A stretch of DNA of 64,000 bases from Octopus vulgaris (Eukaryota): assembly GCA_951406725.2 (NCBI GenBank), contig OX597824.1, positions 98,332,001 through 98,396,000 on the forward strand. Direction: 5' to 3'. This document shows, piece by piece, positions 55,517-64,000 of this stretch (its first letter is position 1; every line of letters starts with the position of its first letter). The translations under genes and the position numbers were made by a program. The notes beneath the pieces were generated by a model. That model saw only the letters and a list, made by a program, of their open reading frames with translations. It ran no database searches and was not told the DNA's origin.

Positions 55517-57836
55517 TGATAACAATGATAATAATAACAATAACAATAATAAATTTCAGCCTTGTGCCTATCGCAGAAAAGATTATTATTATTGCTGTTG
55601 TAAATATTTCTGCAATTTGAAGTAATTTTAATTTTATGATAATTATTTCTGTCCTTGTTCTCCAGAGAACTGAATTGCCAGAGTTTGTTGGTCATCGAAA
55701 AAAAAAAAAAAAATTCATGAATCTAAATTCTGGAATTATTTTCCTTATCTCACTTAACCAAAACGAAAACGTTTTTTTGCCCCCTTTCAATGCAATTTGA
55801 CTTCTCACAAGAATCAGTCTACAATACAAATGGCGAGTTATTCACCTTATAAATAAATCTGGTGGTTTGCTTTACAACATCAGCAATTAGATGGAAAAAA
55901 AATGGAAACGATGTCGTTGCATAACCTTATTCAAGGTTACGACCGTTACGAATGGCCAGAGGAACTATTTCATCACCTTACACAACGGTTTGTACAGATA
56001 AAATTTATGTAAATCTATACAGTAATTAATCAATTAATTCGTGAATTAATTAAATTAATAGTTTGTCCTCTACCATTCTCGTCAGACCTTAAAGTTATTT
56101 GGTGTCATTAGTTTCCAACAAACATACAATGCAGTAAACGCAATATCAGAGTTTTAAACGTCAAATATTTCCCAATCAAGATAATTAATTAGAGGCAGAT
56201 TGTCGGTAAGTGATGTATCAAATTGCCTTCTTTGATTTGGTACAAACTGGCCAATGTCACAGTCCCTGACGGCTTAAGATGCATCAGGTGCAAAAGTATT
56301 CTAGTACAGTGAATAGAGAGAGAGAGAAAAAGGGAATCTACTCCGACGTATTCACTACCAGAATCAAAAATGACAATAATAGAAGAGAAACGTAGAGAAA
56401 AGTTAATTCAGAGAAAAATTTGAAGGCAACTAAATGCAGAATGAAACGACGAGTGTGTCGTACTGATAGGTGGGTATAATAGATTATCGACCCTCTATAG
56501 TCACTTCTAGATAATATGTTTACTACAACTAAATTGAAATTAAGTACAATACTTTGGGATTAAAGGTTCTTTAAGAAATGAATATTTGGTATGTTACATT
56601 AGAGATAATTCACGTAGGGCGAGATAATCCATAAGAAAAGAAACACAAGCATTAATCTTAGTTGACTTATAAACTATTCCTAATAGTATTCAGTCTCTTA
56701 GTGTTAACAGTAGCTATAATATCTGCTACATTAGGTGTGGTGTAAACTTCCAGAAGTGATCTCATGAAAGATTAATTTAATTTATATTATTTCAGTTTAT
56801 TTTCCATTCTCTGGCAACCTAATTAAATTGTCATTTAAGCAATTGCAATCAGGAGCAGTTTTTCGTAATACTGAAAATATCCATAAAGATTTCAAAAAAG
56901 ATTTTCCTTCGTTTTGCTTTTGAATACATAAAAACACACATACATTTATATAAGCAGGCATTTATATAAATTTGCGGATGTGTGCGTGTGCGTGTCTGTA
57001 TATGTATAGATTTATATATACATAGTGTATGTTCGCGTCTATGTAAGTGTAGGTTGTTATATTTCGCCTGCTAAAAACTCAGTTACAAAGAGCTCGCATC
57101 ATGTGTACACAGTGTGGTACCCCACCAACCTCTCCATATACATGTGGAGTTTTAAAGAGCAAGAATATTAACTAATCCGAAAACGAGTGTTCAATAATAA
57201 AACACACTGCATAAAAATTTCCAGATGTTTTGAATGCTTATGGAAATGCCGAAAAAAAACCCATCGGATTTAGTGAATTCTTGAAAACACAGTCATCAAT
57301 ATTTATTGAAAAATTTCGAAGTGACAACTAGTTGAAATAGTATATTTCTTCCGCTATAGATCTGTTATACAAAAAAAAAACACACACACAAAAACTGCTA
57401 TAAGAATAGTCTTTGTTTTTGTGTATTTAGCACATATACTGAAGGAATGAAAATAGTGCAAGCTTTTGCGCATAAATAGATAAATATATCACACGACCAG
57501 CATATAAAATAAATTGAATAAGAGAAGGTATGAGGCATTTTCAACGGATGTTTGGAAGCCAATCAAATTCTTGCATCTTGTTTCACGTATTTTCAAACTG
57601 CTTTTCTTCACCAATCGTTTGAATAAAGGGCAACGTGAAACTCAGAGGAACGACTAAAACGATTTCAGCTTCAAATAAACTATGAAAACTGTATACATAG
57701 ATCATACACACACACGCACACACATACACACACACACATATATATATATACACACGCACTCAAACGTAACATAAGTTTCCATATAAAATGCGTGTATGTG
57801 TATATGTGTGTGCCTGTGTACGTGGGTGTATGGGTG

Positions 57837-57923
<87 letters not shown>

Positions 57924-58200
57924 TTGTATGTATGTATGTATGTGTGTATGTGAGGGAAAGATAGACAGTTTGATAAATACACGTATATCTACTCACATAC
58001 TTACAAAACCTCTCATATATTCATACAAATATATGTCTGTACGAATGTATGAATGTGTGTATATATGTGTGTGTGTGTGTGCGTATGTACACTGATTGCG
58101 TGTGTATAAATAAAAAGCCAGGTCCACTCTCTTCGTTGCTACACTAAGAGGGTGTCGAGAGTATAGAATGTATAACTTGTATCCAATCTGCAATTAGAGC

Positions 58201-58307
58201 TGACGTCATCGTATGACGTTAGCGAAAGCATAATATGTCGGTTATTAGAGCCAACGGAAGCGCTTAATCACGTGACACCGGAAGTAGTGACAAAGCGCCA
58301 TAGTAAC
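58201..58307. promoter_or_regulatory. Promoter-like motif cluster (CRE, E-box, ETS, half X-box)
   Basis: TGACGTCA 58201, TGACGTTA 58214, CGGAAG 58255, TCACGTGAC 58268, CCGGAAGT 58278, GCCATAGTAAC 58297 in a CpG-rich patch. Confidence 0.45.
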
Positions 58308-58461
58308 GCACAATAGGAGCATGTAAATGATTGCAGAGCGTTTGAGCATGTTGAGTAGAATTTCATCGGGCGGCAGAAGTGGTGGGTTTCGCGAAATTAG
58401 GCATAATTTTGTTAGTTTTCCCTTGTTAAAAGAGAGAATAAATAGACTGAAAATGAAGTAT

Positions 58462-59455
58462 ACATACATTCATACATACATAATACATACATACATACAT
58501 ACATAATACATACATTCATACATACATACATACATACATAATACATACATACATACATACATACATAATACATACATACACACATACATAAATACATACA
58601 TACATACATACATATATACATACATACATACATTCATACATACATAATACATACATACATACATACATACATACATACATAATACATACATACATACATA
58701 CATAATACATACATACACACATACATAAATACATACATACATACATACATATATACATACATACATACATTCATACATACATAATACATACATACATACA
58801 TACATTCATACATACATAATACATACATACATACATACATACACACATACATAAATACATACATACATACATACATATATACATACATACATACATACAT
58901 ACATACATAATACATACATACACACATACATAATACATACATACATACATACAATACATACATACATACATACATAATACATACATACATACATACATAA
59001 TACATACATACATACATACATACATAAATACATACATACATACATACATAATACATACATACACACATACATAAATACATACATACATACATACATATAT
59101 ACATACATACATACATACATACATAATACATACATACATAATACATACATACATACATACATACATACATACATACATAATACATACATACATACATACA
59201 TAATACATACATACACACATACATAATACATACATACACACATACATAAATACATACATACATACATACATAATACATACATACACACATACATAAATAC
59301 ATACATACATACATACATATATACATACATACATACATACATACATAATACATACATACACACATACATAATACATACATACACACATACATAATACATA
59401 CATACATACATACATAATACATACATACATACATACATACATAAATACATACACA
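58462..59455. repeat. About 1-kb (TACA)n array with recurring TAA/CACA/TATA interruptions
   Basis: Read directly from sequence. Confidence 0.95.
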
Positions 59456-59867
59456 CGAACGTGCGAACGTACATACATACATGGAGCGTGCATATAGAGC
59501 TAGATTGATAGAAAAACACACACACACATGCACGCACATACATACACACACACACATGCACGCACATACACACACACACACCGCTGGAGAGACAGTGTGT
59601 ATCAGCCAATCACACGCATACAGATGGTGTCTTTACACACATATATGAAACCTACGACGTACATAAGAGAATGGAATGACTTAAAGTACATCACTTGTCC
59701 ATCGACCGCTTTCTATGTTTACCATAAATTCTGATTGACAATACATGACTGCTGTACGAACATACACACACAAATACATACATACGAACACAGTACATGC
59801 ACACAATCACATACACACACACACATCCATATATATATATATATATAAATACCTCTCTCTCTCTCTC

Positions 59868-59968
<101 letters not shown>

Positions 59969-60346
59969 ATGAATGAATGAATTATCCTTTGTTTATCGTT
60001 AACATGGAAAATTCAATAAACAGTTACCAGGGTAGCAAAATTCACGCAAGTAACAAGGATGAAGCGACCAATTCAAAGGTAGGATCTCCGGGTGAATGTG
60101 CAGTAATTTGTGTATTATAAGTAAATAAATGGAGTTGAACGAAGATGTCATTAAAATTCTTTTACTTTCGACATATGTTTCATTCAACTCCATTTATTTA
60201 CTTATATATACGTGTGAAGGTGTGTGACCACGTGGTTAGGGTGTTGTACTCACGATCGATTTCCGGATCGAGTGGCGCATTGTAACAACATCCGATAGTC
60301 TTGTCGATTATGTGTGTGTGTGTGTATGTTTGTATGTTTGTAAATA

Positions 60347-60392
<46 letters not shown>

Positions 60393-60469
60393 ATATATAT
60401 TGTTATATTTCGGAATGGTCATATTGCCAGTTTAGCCAATAAAAAATCTTGCACAACAAATATTTAAAC

Positions 60470-60532
<63 letters not shown>

Positions 60533-60699
60533 TATATGCCTATAAATATAGAATGTGATGAAGAACGCTAAAGCAAGCGTAGTATAGCCACCAAGTAGTT
60601 AAGAAAAATCTAAAATTAAAATGGCAACGACTTCATCAAGAATAGGCAGTTCTGATGTAGGAAGTCAGCTATAAGACCGATTTCCGTTGAGCGGATGTG

Positions 60700-61360
60700 G
60701 AAGTGAAAAAAAGGTAAATAAACAAAAGAAAGAACTGATCTAATAGTTTTGTCTTTACAGCTGTTTCGGATGAACTCCATCAGTACCTCACCCGCCCTCT
60801 CTCTACAACTCAACTGATCTGTGCGATCGGCCCATTGTTTGCGTCACCTTTACATTTCCCTTCTTTTCTTATCTCTGCAACCGATCATTATTCACTACGT
60901 AGCACCCATTTCTCTCTCTACCTCGACTGCTTTTTAACGCCAGGCATCTCCTACAAATGTTTTCTCATTTCATCCTGTTCCCCATTTCATCTTTATGTTC
61001 TATTTTATCTCTTTTTTTCTTGATGTCGTCAACTCAAGTCTTCTAAACACTTTATTCTTCATTTGCATCCCAACTTTGCCCCAATGTCTCTCTTTTTACC
61101 CCCAAATCTAACTCTCTTATCTAGCCTCACATCGACATATATATTTATAAACACCTCGTCAGAAGGTTCTTGCGAATAGCCAGAATCTTCTGGTGACAAT
61201 AACATGATTTTGCAACATGCATCTCTAAAAATTCGTGTTATTCCATGCAACTACGACTTATTACATGATATTCATAGTTATGGCGCCTGTTATTATTCAT
61301 CCGAAACAGCTGTCAAGATAAGACTATTCAGTCATTCTTTTGTTTATTTGTATTCGCAAC
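60700..61360. mobile_element. Old Penelope-like remnant with inverted arms and decayed hammerheads
   Basis: ttcatccGAAAcagctgTM on both strands (about 60755 - and 61296 +); RRFLRIARIF resembles the PLE RT thumb SQFLRIRRIC. Confidence 0.45.
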
Positions 61361-61456
61361 TTTTCATATAAATAAACCCAGTACGCCAATTTTTATCTGC
61401 CTCTTTTACTCATATATATATATGTGTGTGTATGTGTGTACGTGTGTGTATGTATG

Positions 61457-61490
<34 letters not shown>

Positions 61491-61579
61491 TGTATGTATG
61501 TATGTATGTATGTATGTATGTATGTATGTATGTATGTATGTATGTATGTATGTATGTATTAGGTGCATGTATACACACA

Positions 61580-62386
61580 CACAGAAACATGACAAAAGTA
61601 AATAGACATCCCAGAAAACATGGTTTCTTTAACTTGAAAAGGTTTGTTTTTCATTAATTGACATATTTATATTTCAGGTTCTAATCTTGACTGTTTCATC
61701 CTGCCACGTACAAAAGAAGCCTTGGAACTCCGAATATCTAAGCGGCCGTATTGTGGGTCAATCTGAAGTCGGACTTAATCAATGTAAACTCGTAGAAAAC
61801 ATTCCCTTAAAAAAATTTGTAAATTTAATAGAGAGATTATGCAATTCATTAAAGAGGCGAAGGAGCCCGCATCATCTCGCTCAGGTCGAGCAGGGCTCTC
61901 TGACAGGTACCTTCACTAAGAGAAGTGTGGAGGATAATCCTCGTTGTAAGGTCTCTGACATAGCCAAGCATATTGATGTCAGTCCCAGAACAGCTGTCAG
62001 GCATTTTCACACAGTTGGCTTTCTATGGCAGAGCAGCAAGAAGGAAGCCACTTCCTCAACCAATCAATATAAAGCAGAGAAAAGATTGAGCCAGTGAGAT
62101 GGTGGAGAGGTCACTAGTATTTTGGGACACTGTCATATTCTCTGATGAGTCCGGATTTGCTGTATTTCCTGACACTGGTCGAGTGTGGCTTTGGGGATTC
62201 TGTGATCAAGAAATTCATGTGAAAAGATTGCAGCCAACAATGAAACACGGCAGTTATTCTGTGATGATCTGGAGAGCAATCTGGAGCGATGGTCGATCAG
62301 AGCTGGTGGAGTGTGAGGGAAACACAAAGTTAGATGAAATTTTAATGATAAAAAGAGTGTCTATTTACTTCTGCCATGTCTATGCG
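61580..62386 (+). mobile_element. Tc1-like transposon, internally deleted, both TIRs present
   Basis: TIRs acatgacaaaagtaaatagaca / tgtctatttacttctgccatgt; WDTVIFSDES...RVW...LQPTMKHG..SVMIW.AI...GRSELVECEG. Confidence 0.88.
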
Positions 62387-62610
62387 TATCAGTATGTATG
62401 TATGAATAAGAATAGTATAAAATTTTAATTCAGAGAATCACACACACACATAAATTTCTACACACATACACACGCGTACACACTAACATATATATGTGCG
62501 TGTATATATATATATTTATATACACATACACACACACATATATAAATATGTATGTATAAATATATATGTAAATCTATATAGGTATGTATATATATATATA
62601 CATATATATA

Positions 62611-62689
<79 letters not shown>

Positions 62690-62864
62690 AGAGAGTTTAC
62701 GAAAAAAAAGAAGACGAAGACAGGTGGTGTACAAAACAAACAGATGTATTAGTATAACGCTCAGGAATAGAAAATGTCTTTTACGTTTCGAGCCTACGCT
62801 CTTCAACAGAAAGGGACACAAAAAAGAAACAAGGAGAGAAACAAGGAGAGAAAAAATGTGTGTA

Positions 62865-62865
<1 letters not shown>
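62690..62865 (-). mobile_element. Short PLE-type repeat carrying a minimal hammerhead-like motif (second copy about 3640-3825)
   Basis: The two copies share acaaacag.tgtattagt..a.gctcaggaa...gagccta.gctcttcaacagaaagg; flanked by (TA)n. Confidence 0.6.
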
Positions 62866-62916
<51 letters not shown>

Positions 62917-63076
62917 ATATTGGCAGGGCTGGCCTGCTAGGTAGCCGGCCAGAATGCTAGAAATAGATCATAAACGATCAAACTACAAGGGAAATTCTCT
63001 AGAGGAAGGATTCAGCGAACACCAGAACCAAATTTGGCGGGCAGGACATATGAAAAATTAAATAAAAAACAGACTT

Positions 63077-63154
63077 AAATGCATACCTCGGTTTCGGTCT
63101 TAACAAAAGAATTACTTGCATAATTCAAGTGTCCGTGACTTCTTCAGTACATTC
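63077..63154 (-). ncRNA. Type I hammerhead ribozyme motif (mirror copy)
   Basis: Reverse complement of 63499-63576. Confidence 0.72.
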
Positions 63155-63498
63155 GGTCCTCGAGATGCAAACCGCAAGACTAACCCCAATACACATATAT
63201 TTGAATTTTCTCTGACTCCTCAGATTTTTTGAATGCTGGACTACTGGTTTTAAATTGATATTAAAATTAATATTAATTTATCTCCCTCAATTTTTAAATA
63301 TTTAAATAAATACGTTCCCTAGTAGTAAGCTTTACCCGCAGTGAATTATTCACTGCAGCCCTTCGCTTCAGGAGTCTCTTAGCGCGCCAGAACCAAGACA
63401 TTTGAAATTTTATTCCCGATGTAATCAGTAAGACTAAGCACGTGTCTGTCTTGACACAGAGAGCTGGGGTTAGTCTTGCGGTTTGCATCTCGAGGACC

Positions 63499-63576
63499 GA
63501 ATGTACTGAAGAAGTCACGGACACTTGAATTATGCAAGTAATTCTTTTGTTAAGACCGAAACCGAGGTATGCATTT
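63499..63576 (+). ncRNA. Type I hammerhead ribozyme motif
   Basis: gaatgta-CTGAAGA-(a gtc...acttg/caagt...gac c)-GAAA-ccgagg-TA-tgcattt; stem I 7 bp; predicted cleavage after GUA at 63569. Confidence 0.75.
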
Positions 63577-64000
63577 AAGTCTGTTTTTTATTTAATTTTT
63601 CATATGTCCTGCCCGCCAAATTTGGTTCTGGTGTTCGCTGAATCCTTCCTCTAGAGAATTTCCCTTGTAGTTTGATCGTTTATGATCTATTTCTAGCATT
63701 CTGGCCGGCTACCTAGCAGGCCAGCCCTGCCAATATACACATATATTTGAATTTTCTCTGACTCCTCAGATTTTTTGAATGCTGGACTACTGGTTTTAAA
63801 TTGATATTAAAATTAATATTAATTTATCTCCCTCAATTTTTATATATATATATATATATATATTTGCATATATATTTATAGATACACACACACATATACA
63901 GTGCAACATTCTTGTTTTTATAAGTACCAGTTTACACATACAAACATATCAGTTTATCAACACATAAATATATAGAAATGCTACGCTAGCAGAAATACAA

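Larger units (their letters stand above)
62912..63842. mobile_element. Young Penelope-type or retrozyme-like insertion: 277-bp inverted repeat plus 108-bp direct repeat
   Basis: 62912-63188 is the reverse complement of 63465-63741; 63189-63296 repeats at 63735-63842 (546-nt period); inserted in (TA)n. Confidence 0.85.

Noticed and set aside
58470-59609. Long MYVC/YIHT-type ORFs (also 16977-17886, 33636-34384, 49522-50265, 51945-52296)
   Set aside because: Stop-free translations of tetra- and trinucleotide microsatellites, not genes.

Overview
Eukaryotic, AT-rich genomic DNA saturated with microsatellites and SINEs; the repeat families suggest an octopus or other coleoid cephalopod (inference). 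Three protein-coding genes were reconstructed by hand from splice sites and reading-frame phase. (1) DRC7/CCDC135, dynein regulatory complex subunit 7, on + (11410-54612): complete, 17 exons, about 892 aa, with a likely GC-AG first intron and RFX X-boxes upstream. (2) RMND1 (18443-19738): intact, intronless and nested on the SAME strand inside DRC7 intron 4. (3) The 5' part of an MCFD2-like secreted EF-hand gene on -, head-to-head with DRC7; its last exon is probably left of the window. Introns and intergenic DNA hold several tRNA-SINE families, fragments of mariner, Tc1, Merlin, Helitron, Helentron/HINE, CR1 and RTE elements, and R4/Dong fragments piled into (TAA)n arrays. Several Penelope-type or retrozyme-like inverted-repeat elements carry type I hammerhead ribozyme folds (best: 63499-63576 with mirror 63077-63154, and 6439-6532 with mirror 6199-6287). 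Most ORFs in the supplied track are microsatellite artefacts. All homology calls come from recalled motifs, not database searches.
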